Of a stretch of DNA of 64,000 bases, positions 1 to 9,908 are shown piece after piece. The DNA lies in the sequence record MT446420.1. One strand, given 5' to 3'. Below the pieces are notes generated by a model. That model saw only the letters and a program-made list of their open reading frames with translations. It had not been told where the DNA came from and ran no database searches. Within the stretch, counting starts at the first letter, position 1; each line of letters starts with the position of its first letter. The translations under genes were made by a program, and so were the position numbers. Source of the stretch: Escherichia virus TH54.

Positions 1-31
1 ACAATTCTTTACGACGGATAGTTTTACCCAT
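1..31 (-). CDS. 5' end of an unknown gene (MGKTIRRKEL...), continues beyond window
   Basis: ATG at 29-31 on minus strand preceded by GAGGTAAC RBS, directly after stop of upstream ORF. Confidence 0.3.
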   Translation of the reverse strand, partial: MGKTIRRKEL

Positions 32-33
32 AG

Positions 34-288
34 TTACCTCAACAGTTTGTATCCAATAAGATTTTTAATGTACTGGATATCTTTGACATCCAAATCCAAC
101 TTAAGGTCTTTCAGGCGTTCACCCAGGGTCAAAAAGGTTACATGTTTCCAATTCTTCACTGGGCAGCAATAAGTCTTAGGACCATTTGCAATTTCAATAT
201 TCTTATCAGTGACGGTGAGAAAAATCAGGCGCTCATCATCAAGATTAAGGGTGATGATATTTTTGGTTGAATGCAATTTAAGGCTCAT
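34..288 (-). CDS. hypothetical protein, 84 aa
   Basis: ORF track; packed in minus-strand operon. Confidence 0.55.
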   Translation of the reverse strand: MSLKLHSTKNIITLNLDDERLIFLTVTDKNIEIANGPKTYCCPVKNWKHVTFLTLGERLKDLKLDLDVKDIQYIKNLIGYKLLR

Positions 289-467
289 AATTTAGGTCCT
301 TTTGCAACTGTATTGAACAAGCTACGGTCGCACACCATCAACGGAGCGTCTGGCCATTTCAAAGGACGATACCATACATCTTGGTCAGTCACTTTGGTTA
401 CTTGTACAGGATAACCATTTACAGAATAATAATGGTCAACTTTAATTTCTTTATCTTCAATAACCAT
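285..467 (-). CDS. hypothetical small protein (about 61 aa, start trimmed to ATG with GAGG RBS)
   Basis: ORF track 285..545; upstream extension overlaps promoter cassette. Confidence 0.5.
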   Translation of the reverse strand: MVIEDKEIKVDHYYSVNGYPVQVTKVTDQDVWYRPLKWPDAPLMVCDRSLFNTVAKGPKL

Positions 468-469
468 TT

Positions 470-530
470 TGTTTTCCTCATCAGTAGTTGATGGGATAAT
501 GATACACCGTTCAAAGGGGCTTGTACACCC
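470..530 (-). promoter_or_regulatory. early promoter-like cassette (TGTACA -35-like, -10, conserved leader CAACTACTGAGGA)
   Basis: member of repeated cassette family found upstream of many minus-strand genes. Confidence 0.45.
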
Positions 531-534
531 CTTT

Positions 535-852
535 TTAATCTTCAATTAAGTCCTGGTCATACCCCAGGGATATCAGTTTTGTTTTAAAGGCAGGAATATT
601 TGTCATTTTTTCATCATTGACAAAAATCACTGGGTAACGAATGTTAAGGGTAGGATATCCAGCACGCTTAGCCAAAGACACGATTAATGGCCTGTCATAA
701 GCGATTTCAGAGCCTTGTTTGTTAAGGACTGAATAGAATGTATAAGGAAGGTTTAAGGAGCCCAGAAGGCTCCTGACGTGCATACAACCAGGGCATCGAC
801 CGACTTCTTCGGGGATACCATAGATTTCAATCTTAGTCGAGTTTTGGCCCAC
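535..852 (-). CDS. nrdH: glutaredoxin-like protein NrdH (CPGC redox motif)
   Basis: CPGC active-site motif; T4 position downstream of nrdG. Confidence 0.75.
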   Translation of the reverse strand: MGQNSTKIEIYGIPEEVGRCPGCMHVRSLLGSLNLPYTFYSVLNKQGSEIAYDRPLIVSLAKRAGYPTLNIRYPVIFVNDEKMTNIPAFKTKLISLGYDQDLIED

Positions 853-1132
853 AGGAAATCACTCCTTGGTAGTTCCAGGTTTTAATAACTTCTTCATCGC
901 TGGCGGTTGCATACGGGACATAAACCTGAATAAGGAAACCTGTGTCATCGAAAGAGAAATAAACCGTCGGTTTGATTCCATGAATCTCAGATAGAGCATA
1001 GATATCTTTAAGGTCTTCTTCTTTATCAGCAAAGAATTTCGGGTCCAAGTCACAGTCGTGGAAGTACCATTCATCACCGAACTTGTCCCATGCGGTCCAA
1101 TTAGTAGCTACATATTCTTCAAAACGTTTCAT
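833..1132 (-). CDS. hypothetical protein, 99 aa
   Basis: ORF track. Confidence 0.5.
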   Translation of the reverse strand: MKRFEEYVATNWTAWDKFGDEWYFHDCDLDPKFFADKEEDLKDIYALSEIHGIKPTVYFSFDDTGFLIQVYVPYATASDEEVIKTWNYQGVISCGPKLD

Positions 1133-1368
1133 TCTTTCACCTTCAGCATTTTTGCAATGGTACTATGAATAGTCTGGATTCTTTTGTTGAATTCAGAGCT
1201 TTCGAGGCCAGGATTGGTGCTTAACCAACCGATGATAACAAACAGCAAACCAAACGGGATAGCCAGAATAAGCAGACAAACGATGAACAACACAAGCGTT
1301 ATGTTTGCCAGAATATCTGCTGTAGCATTACGAAATTTATTCATATTTACCCTTAATTGATTAACCAA
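1129..1368 (-). CDS. small membrane protein, 79 aa
   Basis: hydrophobic helix IANITLVLFIVCLLILAIPFGLLFVIIGWL. Confidence 0.55.
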   Translation of the reverse strand: MVNQLRVNMNKFRNATADILANITLVLFIVCLLILAIPFGLLFVIIGWLSTNPGLESSEFNKRIQTIHSTIAKMLKVKE

Positions 1369-1458
1369 GCATTGATAAACACTAAACTATACTGCGAATA
1401 AAATTCTGGACCAAAATGAAAAATCATATCATTTATAGTATCCATAATATAATTCAAT

Positions 1459-1929
1459 TTAATCATGTTTCCACACCCCATCGGTATTTGACCAAAGTCG
1501 CTGATTATCTGACCCTCGCCACAGTTTTTTGGTCGGAAGATTTTTCTCATACTTCCCATCAATAATAACATCAACATATTTAAGCATTTCTAGTTGTTTA
1601 ATATCTTCAAACTTATATCCCGTCCACATCCAAATGCTTTTATTGGGATAAAGATTTTTAATAGTTTGAACCACAGAGTGAATAACATCTCGGTTATCAG
1701 GATAGAGAGGGTCTCCTCCGGTTATAGTTAATCCTTCTATATAATCATTATTCAAACATTCAATTAATTGTTCTAGTGTTTCACCAGTAAATGGAACACC
1801 ATTTCTAGCATTCCATGTTGATTTATTATAACACCCTTCGCATTTATGCAAACAACCTGTAACGAAAAGAACGACCCTGCATCCAGGGCCATTTACAAAA
1901 TCGCAAGGATAAATTCTATCATAATTCAT
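1459..1929 (-). CDS. nrdG: anaerobic ribonucleotide reductase activating protein (radical SAM)
   Basis: CxxxCxxC-type Cys cluster; size and position as T4 NrdG. Confidence 0.93.
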   Translation of the reverse strand: MNYDRIYPCDFVNGPGCRVVLFVTGCLHKCEGCYNKSTWNARNGVPFTGETLEQLIECLNNDYIEGLTITGGDPLYPDNRDVIHSVVQTIKNLYPNKSIWMWTGYKFEDIKQLEMLKYVDVIIDGKYEKNLPTKKLWRGSDNQRLWSNTDGVWKHD

Positions 1930-3743
1930 TGGTGTTTAACCCTATGCATGATTTCTTTATTTTTGCCGAGATTAAATCCGCGTTCGTTCGGATTTCCCAA
2001 ATAACCACAAGTTCTTCTTATTGTGTTCATCTTTTTAGGGTCAGTTTCTCCACAAATAGAACAAACAAATCCGTTTTCAGTAGGAGTCATTTCATGGGTA
2101 CTTCCACATGTAAAACATTTATCTACTGGCATATTAACACCAAAATAATCTAAATGTTGTGCAGCATAATCCCACACAGCCTCAAGACCTTTTAGATTAT
2201 TTTTCATATCAGGAAGTTCAACATAAGAAATATGTCCGCCTGTCGCAATGAAATGATATGGTGCTTCGCGAGAAATCTTTTCAAACGGGGTGATATTTTC
2301 TTCTACTGAAACATGGAAACTATTAGTGTACCAGCCTTTATCAGTAACATCTTTTACACTTCCATATTTTTCAGTATCAAGTTTACAGAAGCGATAGCAC
2401 AGGTTTTCAGCAGGAGTAGAATACAAGCTAAAAGCAAAACCGGTTCTTTCGGTCCACTGCTTAAGACGAGCATTCATTTTAGTTAAAATTTCTTGCCCAA
2501 TATCACGACCGACAAGAATATTCAATTCGTGAATACCAATGTATCCCAAAGACACTGAACTTCTACCGTTTTTAAATAACTCAATTATATCATCATCGGG
2601 TTTAAGACGAACCCCGAATGCACCTTCTTGGTAAAGAATAGGAGCAACAGTCGCTTTAACTCCTTTTAAGGAATTAATTCTACACATCAAAGCTTCAAAA
2701 CACAAATCCATTCGCTCATTGAACAATTCAGTAAATTTCTGTTCATTGAACTGTGTTCCAATATAAGAATCTAACGCAATACGAGGAAGATTCAGTGTTA
2801 CAACGCCAAGATTATTACGCCCATCAAGAATTTCATTACCAGTCGAATCTTTCCATACGCCCAAGAAACTACGGCAACCCATTGGAGAAACAGGAATAGA
2901 TGAACCGGTGATAGCTTTGTTATTCTTAGCCGAAATGATGTCAGGATACATTCTTTTGCTTGCACACTCTAAAGCAAGCTGCTTAATATCATAGTTCGGG
3001 TCGTCTTTATAAAGATTAACACCTTCTTCAACGAACATAACAAGTTTAGGGAAAATAGGAGTTATCCCATCACGACCAAGACCTTTAATACGATTTTTCA
3101 GAATTGCTTTCTGAATCATTCGTTCAGTCCAATCAGTTCCCGTACCAAATGTAATGGTTACAAAAGGCGTTTGTCCATTTGAACTAAAGAGAGTATTTAC
3201 TTCATATTCATAAGCTTGGAATGCATCGTATACGTCTTTTTCTGTTTTAGATTGGGCATAATTCAATGCATCAGTGATTTGCCATTTTTCTGCGTCTTCA
3301 ATATGTTTTGCGTATGTACGTTTAACATAAGGAGAAAATACTTTGTCTACATTAGCAAAAGTCGTTCCGCCATATTGGTGAGAAGCAACCTGTGCAGTAA
3401 TTTGTGCCATAATTGCAGTAGCAACACCAATTGATTTAGGAGTTTCAATCTGTGCATTACCGAGTTTAAATCCGTTCTCAAGCATTCCTTTTAAATCTAC
3501 TAAACAGCAATTAGTAAATGGAAGAGCAGGGGAATAATCAATATCATGGAAATGAATAATTCCACTTTCATGTGCTTTCATAATAAAAGACGCAACCATA
3601 TTTTTGGCAATGTGTTTAGATACAATACCAGCCATAAGGTCACGTTGAGTTGGAAAAACACGAGAATCTTTATTAGCATTCTCGTTTAAAAGGTCTTTAT
3701 TAGTTTTATGAATCAATCCTTCAATTTCGTTTTCAATTGTCAT
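1926..3743 (-). CDS. nrdD: anaerobic ribonucleoside-triphosphate reductase, 605 aa, uninterrupted
   Basis: 605 aa as T4 NrdD; C-terminal glycyl-radical motif RRTCGYLG; C-terminal Cys cluster. Confidence 0.95.
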   Translation of the reverse strand: MTIENEIEGLIHKTNKDLLNENANKDSRVFPTQRDLMAGIVSKHIAKNMVASFIMKAHESGIIHFHDIDYSPALPFTNCCLVDLKGMLENGFKLGNAQIETPKSIGVATAIMAQITAQVASHQYGGTTFANVDKVFSPYVKRTYAKHIEDAEKWQITDALNYAQSKTEKDVYDAFQAYEYEVNTLFSSNGQTPFVTITFGTGTDWTERMIQKAILKNRIKGLGRDGITPIFPKLVMFVEEGVNLYKDDPNYDIKQLALECASKRMYPDIISAKNNKAITGSSIPVSPMGCRSFLGVWKDSTGNEILDGRNNLGVVTLNLPRIALDSYIGTQFNEQKFTELFNERMDLCFEALMCRINSLKGVKATVAPILYQEGAFGVRLKPDDDIIELFKNGRSSVSLGYIGIHELNILVGRDIGQEILTKMNARLKQWTERTGFAFSLYSTPAENLCYRFCKLDTEKYGSVKDVTDKGWYTNSFHVSVEENITPFEKISREAPYHFIATGGHISYVELPDMKNNLKGLEAVWDYAAQHLDYFGVNMPVDKCFTCGSTHEMTPTENGFVCSICGETDPKKMNTIRRTCGYLGNPNERGFNLGKNKEIMHRVKHQ

Positions 3744-4213
3744 TTTAAACTCTTTCTAAGCTGCTTCTTAAATGAAGCCATTAATTGTGTTTTGGTGTCA
3801 GATTCATTATAAGTCATACCATTCAAAAGCATTTCCCGAATCATTTCTTCTTTCCCCAGACGACCGAACTCTTTGGCTTTGTCTGTTACAAAATTGGGGT
3901 GAATATTGTTTTCGGTATAATCAGATTTCAGATAGACAAGCAAACTCTCTAACCATTCCAGGTAGTCAACATCGCGACTTTTTAGACCCGAACGGCTGAA
4001 CTTATGCTTCATTTGTCCTTCTGTTCCATTGCACAGATTGCATAGTAACCCGCGAACCTTACCGGCTTTTGGTCCGTTCAATTCGTGGTCATGGTCAAGA
4101 TGGTTGGCCTGAACATCGGAGTCCAAATCACGGTGACAAATTGGACACTTACCAGCTTGTGCATCATAAAGTTTTTGTTTTTCTTCTTTGTATAATTTGC
4201 CAGTCAACAACAT
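3740..4213 (-). CDS. 49: endonuclease VII (Holliday junction resolvase)
   Basis: 157 aa, near-identical to remembered T4 gp49 (MLLTGKLYKEEKQKLYDAQ...). Confidence 0.95.
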   Translation of the reverse strand: MLLTGKLYKEEKQKLYDAQAGKCPICHRDLDSDVQANHLDHDHELNGPKAGKVRGLLCNLCNGTEGQMKHKFSRSGLKSRDVDYLEWLESLLVYLKSDYTENNIHPNFVTDKAKEFGRLGKEEMIREMLLNGMTYNESDTKTQLMASFKKQLRKSLK

Positions 4214-4518
4214 AATAAACCCTTACCATTATTAGATAAGGGTATTTATTAATATCCTAATAGTTTAGCAGTGCAACTTAGCACTAACAACAATCCGAAT
4301 AAAGCAACTCCGGCCCAAAATACCGTAATAAGAGCATCCATATCAGACCCCGTAGAACGAGCGATGTAACCGTTTAAATTGACGAATCATCTTTTTGGTA
4401 GGACGGGTATACAATCCCACACAGGTGGCCATAAACTGGTCAGTAGGGCTTCCTTTGATAAGAAGTTTCCAGACCTTGTCACCGTTTAACTTTTCGGTAT
4501 AGACTAATGCAGTTTTCA

Positions 4519-4791
4519 TTAAACAATCCTAAAACAAGGATAATGACATTCAACGTTACCATTATCAATTATCATATACTCAGTGATACAGGTCCATGAC
4601 CCTTCAATTTCTATGGTATCAAAAAGGTATTCATCTGTTTCAACAACGTCCCAAACATTACATTCAACATCAGGGTCAAAACGTTGTCTTAACGCATGGA
4701 TAACATCACCATTTTTAAATCCTGCGTCTTGAAGCTCTTTCATAAAACCTGATTGATCAGCAGCATGAATATTAACAATTTCTAAAAACAT
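4519..4791 (-). CDS. hypothetical protein, 90 aa
   Basis: ORF track. Confidence 0.55.
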   Translation of the reverse strand: MFLEIVNIHAADQSGFMKELQDAGFKNGDVIHALRQRFDPDVECNVWDVVETDEYLFDTIEIEGSWTCITEYMIIDNGNVECHYPCFRIV

Positions 4792-5081
4792 TAAAAGACC
4801 TCATCAGAAAAGCGGAGTTGAGCTTCAAGCCAATGAATGTAGTCAGCTGCAGCAAAAATCAAAGCAGATTCTTCATCAGGTAACTTACGGGAATCCGACA
4901 ATTCATAAAGTGAATGTTCAATCAGACGGCCTTTATGACGGCCAACTTCAATTTTGGTACTCATATCCAAACTCCATATCGATTAAATCATTGTTTGAAG
5001 GTTCATTATAATCTATTTCGGAATCGTTGTAAACCGGTTCCTCTGGCTCGACGGTTTCCCATCGAGCGGTATACCATGGTT

Positions 5082-5402
5082 TTATAGCGTAATCCATTCT
5101 CGGATAGTTTGGGTTACGACACGTTCTTGGAGCTTAACCAGTTCAACAGTCGGGACCATATGGTCCCAGTCAGTATGATAAGAGCCGGTACGAGTTTCGT
5201 TTACAGACACATGCACATTATGTTTTTTGCTGAAATAAATTGCCTGGCGATATTGGTATTTGCCGGTTTGTGTCCATTCACCTAATTCAACCGGAACCAG
5301 GTAGTCCGAAAATTCAAACTCGTATGATTCAGTAAACGCATCATGGTCTTCAATGATTTCGCTTAAAACAGCATCAACATCTAATTCATTTTCAATAGTC
5401 AT
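5082..5402 (-). CDS. hypothetical acidic protein, 106 aa
   Basis: ORF track. Confidence 0.55.
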   Translation of the reverse strand: MTIENELDVDAVLSEIIEDHDAFTESYEFEFSDYLVPVELGEWTQTGKYQYRQAIYFSKKHNVHVSVNETRTGSYHTDWDHMVPTVELVKLQERVVTQTIREWITL

Positions 5403-5707
5403 TGGTCACTCCAATAGCTTGATACTTCAAAATCAGGCTCACCGTCGTCCCAGTACCAAGGACCAACCGGATGCCAATCGCCATGCTTATCTTCTTCATA
5501 TTCTTCAGATTCAAGCCCAACGTATTGCCATTGGACTTCATAAGCAGTGCCGCCGATTACAACAGTGTTCTCACCATACGGGTGAGCCACAGCAAAGTCA
5601 ATACCTTCTGCTTTAGCCAACCAAACCATATACTCGTATAGTTTATATTCCAGGTCATCTTCAGTACCATCACCTAGAAAAATAGTCTGTTCATTTAATT
5701 CAATCAT
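5399..5707 (-). CDS. hypothetical acidic protein, 102 aa
   Basis: ORF track; ATGA-type coupling with neighbours. Confidence 0.55.
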   Translation of the reverse strand: MIELNEQTIFLGDGTEDDLEYKLYEYMVWLAKAEGIDFAVAHPYGENTVVIGGTAYEVQWQYVGLESEEYEEDKHGDWHPVGPWYWDDGEPDFEVSSYWSDQ

Positions 5708-5949
5708 AATTCTGCCATAAATTCAAATAACTGGTCGCGTACACAAGTATCAGTCCAACCCCATTCGTTGGCTTCTTCTTTTAACCAATCCGGGAGATTT
5801 GCCAATACGGTTTCTTTACTAGGCGCGGGAGTATCAAACTCTCTCGCGCAGGTTTCATATGCCATATCAAATTCGGTCATTTGAAGTTCCAGAATGAAGC
5901 ACCAACCAGAAATAAAGGCCAACAAATCATAGACGTCAGCCACCAGCAA
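5704..5949 (-). CDS. hypothetical protein, 81 aa
   Basis: ORF track. Confidence 0.5.
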   Translation of the reverse strand: MLVADVYDLLAFISGWCFILELQMTEFDMAYETCAREFDTPAPSKETVLANLPDWLKEEANEWGWTDTCVRDQLFEFMAEL

Positions 5950-6040
5950 AAGTCACCTGCACCGAAATCATCTAATTTAGCTAGGGTCTTAGCATAACCA
6001 ATACCGATGATAAGATACAAAACACCCAACGATAATTCAA

Positions 6041-6304
6041 TCATTTAAAATATTCTCGCAGTTGGTCGAAGCCACCAATATGACTTCCGTCAGGGGCAAA
6101 TACTTGCGGCATGGTCAAACCAATTTGGGATTCGCGACCAAGCGCAACCAGGAGTTGAGCAATCTTCTCATCATCAAACACACCTTTTTCTGGCATAACG
6201 TTGATGAACTCGTAAGGTTGTTTTTTAACATCCAAAAAACGTTTTGCATTATCGCAGAATACACAGCGATGAATAGATGAATCATAACCATATACTTTAA
6301 ACAT
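6041..6304 (-). CDS. nrdC: thioredoxin/glutaredoxin
   Basis: 87 aa, near-identical to remembered T4 NrdC (MFKVYGYDS...CVYCDNAK...). Confidence 0.95.
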   Translation of the reverse strand: MFKVYGYDSSIHRCVFCDNAKRFLDVKKQPYEFINVMPEKGVFDDEKIAQLLVALGRESQIGLTMPQVFAPDGSHIGGFDQLREYFK

Positions 6305-6305
6305 A

Positions 6306-6563
6306 TTATTCCTTAATTCCTAATACTTGTTTGAAGGTCTCAGTATAATCGGGGTATTGACCGGTTTGTTCTTTATGTTTGACCATAATACCATAAACTT
6401 CTGAACGCATATTATTATATGAACGAGTTAAAGCAGATTTCAATACTGAATAACTATCCGGAAGTTTACCGTGTTCTTTATAATAGGCCAGAGTTAATTC
6501 ACGGACCGCCTTATCAGCAGTCTCAAGATATTCTTTACGCTTTGCCATTTTCGTCTCGCTCAA
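6306..6563 (-). CDS. hypothetical protein, 85 aa
   Basis: ORF track. Confidence 0.55.
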   Translation of the reverse strand: MSETKMAKRKEYLETADKAVRELTLAYYKEHGKLPDSYSVLKSALTRSYNNMRSEVYGIMVKHKEQTGQYPDYTETFKQVLGIKE

Positions 6564-6828
6564 ATTTGTGTTTACAATGTCTGCATTTGTAACGAAGAGT
6601 ACTAGTCTGCCAATGGACTAACTGTACCTGTTCAGTTCCACATTCTGGACAGTTAGGAACACGCTTAGAAGCACGTTCACGACGACGAACCATAGCCATT
6701 ACTGTATCCCAATCAGGAACCTGACTATAATCATCAGTCCAGTTTATAAGACCTTTATCAAACCCCGCTGCGGGGGTCCATTCTGGAAATGCAGTTTCTG
6801 CAATATCTTCAGCTAAACGTTGTTTCAT
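6535..6828 (-). CDS. hypothetical Cys4 zinc-ribbon protein
   Basis: CPEC...CRHC motif. Confidence 0.55.
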   Translation of the reverse strand: MKQRLAEDIAETAFPEWTPAAGFDKGLINWTDDYSQVPDWDTVMAMVRRRERASKRVPNCPECGTEQVQLVHWQTSTLRYKCRHCKHKFERDENGKA

Positions 6829-7817
6829 TTCAGCAGCTCCAGAGCTTGTTCCAGTTTATCCAGACGATTGGTTGATTCTTCCCAAAGTCGTTTGGCTTTT
6901 GTATAATCTTCAGTTGCCTTTTTATTAATAGCAAGAGCTTCATTATACGCCGTTTCCAGGGCAACAATTTCAGGCGCTTTTTGTTTCACTGGCTCATTAT
7001 TCAGATTATCAATCAGGTCTTCAAGGGTAGTAACTTCATGCGGAGCGTTCATAATTTCCTCACTTTTCTTTTTATAAATTTCTGCATCAGTTGGTTGTTT
7101 TGCACATTTAACTTCACGCAATGTCACCACAATTTTCCAACCTTTCCAACCATGAGCACTGGTGATAGGGTCTACTTTAATTTTTTCAACAGTGCGCATA
7201 TAATTAAGGGCACACTGTACCTGATGAGTAAGCGTACAGGCAACATCAAGATACTTTTTGACATTTTCTGGAGTAGCCACCGGCGTAAAGAACTCATGCT
7301 TAACTGTAATAATTACTTGGTTTTCACCAGACTCTTTAACCTTTATCATATGCTCAGCCAAATGGGAGATAGTGCGAAAATCACCACCCATCAATTTTGT
7401 CGCTGATTTTATGATAGACATTTTGTTATCTCTGAATTCACGAGCCCAGCAATTTGCGAATTCAGAAACAGTATAGCCTTGCTTATCAAGGTAGTATTTT
7501 TCAACATCACCAAACCAATGATATCCAATTGTACCTTTACCACGTCTGGATTCAACACCAAACTTATTAAGAAGGTCTTTATTAACCAGGTATGCCAGAA
7601 CTCGGGAACCTTTAAAAGTTTTCTTGATATCATCATTACCAGCACGACTCGCAATAGTCGCAATGTCTTTCTTGAAGCGACCAGATGCAACAATCGTCGA
7701 ATCAATCTGATTTAACCAGAAATTGATAATTGAAAGGATAGCCGATTCACCTATTAATGGTTTTACTTTTGCATCGATAGTGGTGTTAAAGGCCTGGATA
7801 TATTCGTTACGCGTCAT
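6825..7817 (-). CDS. hypothetical protein, 330 aa, C-terminal coiled coil
   Basis: ORF track; shares C-terminal tail with 7876..8781 and 9000..9845. Confidence 0.7.
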   Translation of the reverse strand: MTRNEYIQAFNTTIDAKVKPLIGESAILSIINFWLNQIDSTIVASGRFKKDIATIASRAGNDDIKKTFKGSRVLAYLVNKDLLNKFGVESRRGKGTIGYHWFGDVEKYYLDKQGYTVSEFANCWAREFRDNKMSIIKSATKLMGGDFRTISHLAEHMIKVKESGENQVIITVKHEFFTPVATPENVKKYLDVACTLTHQVQCALNYMRTVEKIKVDPITSAHGWKGWKIVVTLREVKCAKQPTDAEIYKKKSEEIMNAPHEVTTLEDLIDNLNNEPVKQKAPEIVALETAYNEALAINKKATEDYTKAKRLWEESTNRLDKLEQALELLK

Positions 7818-7875
7818 AGTGTTCTCCTCATAAAGTAGGAATTCATTATACTCCCTCCATCCTTGGAAGTAAACA

Positions 7876-8781
7876 TTATTTTAATGCTTTGATTGCCGCT
7901 TGCAATTTATCGCGTTGCGTTTCCATATTCTTGATGCGATTCAGAACATCCTGAATACCCTTTTTCTCATCTTCAATCAGACCGTTTAAGCGGTTGACTG
8001 ATTCCTGGATAGCATCAGCATGATAGCTCTCAATAGGCTTCATGGTTGGGTTAAAGATTTCAAGAGAGCTGGATGGCTGGATTTTCCATTTGTACATATT
8101 TTTAACGTCCGGTGGTGAAATTTTGGCCTGGTCGTAAGATTTAAACTGGCCTGCAAATGCTGGGCCATATGAGACAGATGATGCGGTAGGGATACGTTCC
8201 ATTTCTGGTTCCTTTTTTTCTTCTGGTTCATTTTTCTCCTGATAAGGAGCATAAGATAAAAGATATTCTTTAGTTAATTTAATATCAATGGCTATAGTTT
8301 TGAGGAATTTTTCAGTCTGATGAATATAATTGGTATCTTCATCAAATGTATATCCTTCAACGGCATGCCGCATATAAAACAGTGCAATACCCATAACCTC
8401 TTTAAAGGTATCACAAAGAGCAACATCACCCTTGGTGGTTGGCTTGAACTTAATCTGCACACCATCGTTCTTGATATTAATAATCAAGTTACTGGAGTTA
8501 AAATTATAGTTCTTGATGTTAACAGGAGCCTTGCGAATACGAAGCCCGGCAGCCAGGATTTCCTTAATGCTCTTACGAACTGTGGCACCAAACAAAAACG
8601 CAGGGCGGCGGCAGTAATCATTCAGAGAGTTAATTCTTACAATACGTTGCCCATACCCCTGGGTGGCAGAACCAGATTTGATTTTGCCAAAGTTAACCAG
8701 AGAATTCATCGCAATAAGACGGGTTGCACGTCCTTCACGCTGTTCAAATCGAGAATATTCTTTACGTGTTTTAATTTTCAT
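7876..8781 (-). CDS. hypothetical protein, about 301 aa, C-terminal coiled coil (start uncertain, alternatives at 8805/8817)
   Basis: ORF track 7876..8817. Confidence 0.65.
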   Translation of the reverse strand: MKIKTRKEYSRFEQREGRATRLIAMNSLVNFGKIKSGSATQGYGQRIVRINSLNDYCRRPAFLFGATVRKSIKEILAAGLRIRKAPVNIKNYNFNSSNLIINIKNDGVQIKFKPTTKGDVALCDTFKEVMGIALFYMRHAVEGYTFDEDTNYIHQTEKFLKTIAIDIKLTKEYLLSYAPYQEKNEPEEKKEPEMERIPTASSVSYGPAFAGQFKSYDQAKISPPDVKNMYKWKIQPSSSLEIFNPTMKPIESYHADAIQESVNRLNGLIEDEKKGIQDVLNRIKNMETQRDKLQAAIKALK

Positions 8782-8782
8782 A

Positions 8783-8998
8783 TCATAACCCAAATAATTT
8801 TTCATAGAGTTTAGCAAAAGGCCAGGTCACACACATTATAACAGCGACTACCCAGAATATAGGCCAGCAAAATGTTGTAAACACCGCATCATACTCGTCC
8901 CCACTTTCGTAGGGACTATCAAACTTGTGAAGCAACAGGGTAGTAACAAATCCCGTTGCAAGATAACCAAAAATAATACTGATAATCAAAATGGTCAT
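8783..8998 (-). CDS. small membrane protein, 71 aa
   Basis: two hydrophobic helices. Confidence 0.55.
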   Translation of the reverse strand: MTILIISIIFGYLATGFVTTLLLHKFDSPYESGDEYDAVFTTFCWPIFWVVAVIMCVTWPFAKLYEKLFGL

Positions 8999-8999
8999 A

Positions 9000-9845
9000 T
9001 TAAGCCTTAAGCAATTTAATAACGTCCATCAGTTTCTGACGTTCAGCTTTCGCTGCACTGTTCAAGCCTGTCAGGCGGAAAATTTCATCATCTTGCTGCT
9101 GGATGGTGATGTTAAGCTCTTCAATCTGTTTAGTGAAAAGCTCAATTTGCTCTGAATATTTTTCATTGCTTCGCACTGGAACAGGTTCCATTTTAGGAGC
9201 TTGTTCTGAAGAGTCTTCAGTCAAGTCTTTAATTTTATAAAGTTTAATACGCTGACCTGCTCCAGTTTCAGCATCACCAAAACTAAGAACGCCGTGTTGT
9301 TCTAATTCAGACAGGGCCAAGCGCAAATGGAACTTCCAGTTGTCATATTGACAACCACTAAAAGTTGAAATGGTATACTCATTTTCATTTCCGGGGTGGT
9401 TAACAATATTAAAGATAATCCAATCACCTGAACCGTTAGTCTTAAATGTCATTTGTTTATCAAGACCTTTTGCAAGACGAGCACCAAGGGCCAGTAGACG
9501 ACGTTGATTAGTATTAAGGTCTTTAACAACTTCGCCAAATGACATCGCCGGGATTAAACGACCATAAAGGTCGTAGCCTTTGTTATAATTTTTAAGAATA
9601 ATTTTGGCATTAGCACGAGACAACATACCTGTTTTACGAAGAGTTTTCATGACTCGGTCTTCTAAGGTAAACGAACCTTTAGTCTTGTCAAAGATTTTAG
9701 TGAAGTCATCTTTAACAGTACAAACATTGAACTTGTCCCACATCATATATAGGACCTTTTCAACCACTTCTTTAGTGCTCGGAATACGCCCGAATTTAAC
9801 AACTTTTTTAACTTCAGAACGAATTTCATTAATTGCTTGCGACAT
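9000..9845 (-). CDS. hypothetical protein, 281 aa, C-terminal coiled coil
   Basis: ORF track. Confidence 0.7.
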   Translation of the reverse strand: MSQAINEIRSEVKKVVKFGRIPSTKEVVEKVLYMMWDKFNVCTVKDDFTKIFDKTKGSFTLEDRVMKTLRKTGMLSRANAKIILKNYNKGYDLYGRLIPAMSFGEVVKDLNTNQRRLLALGARLAKGLDKQMTFKTNGSGDWIIFNIVNHPGNENEYTISTFSGCQYDNWKFHLRLALSELEQHGVLSFGDAETGAGQRIKLYKIKDLTEDSSEQAPKMEPVPVRSNEKYSEQIELFTKQIEELNITIQQQDDEIFRLTGLNSAAKAERQKLMDVIKLLKA

Positions 9846-9908
9846 AATAATTTCCTCAATAGATTAATCAAAGGTCAGAACCATTATACCATCCTTGGTA
9901 TAAAGCGT

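Noticed and set aside
1929-3434. Plus-strand track ORFs antisense to nrdD/nrdG (1929..2153, 3216..3434)
   Set aside because: Lie entirely within well-supported minus-strand genes; typical spurious antisense frames. Likewise 12116..12819 (+) inside the nucleotidyltransferase gene.
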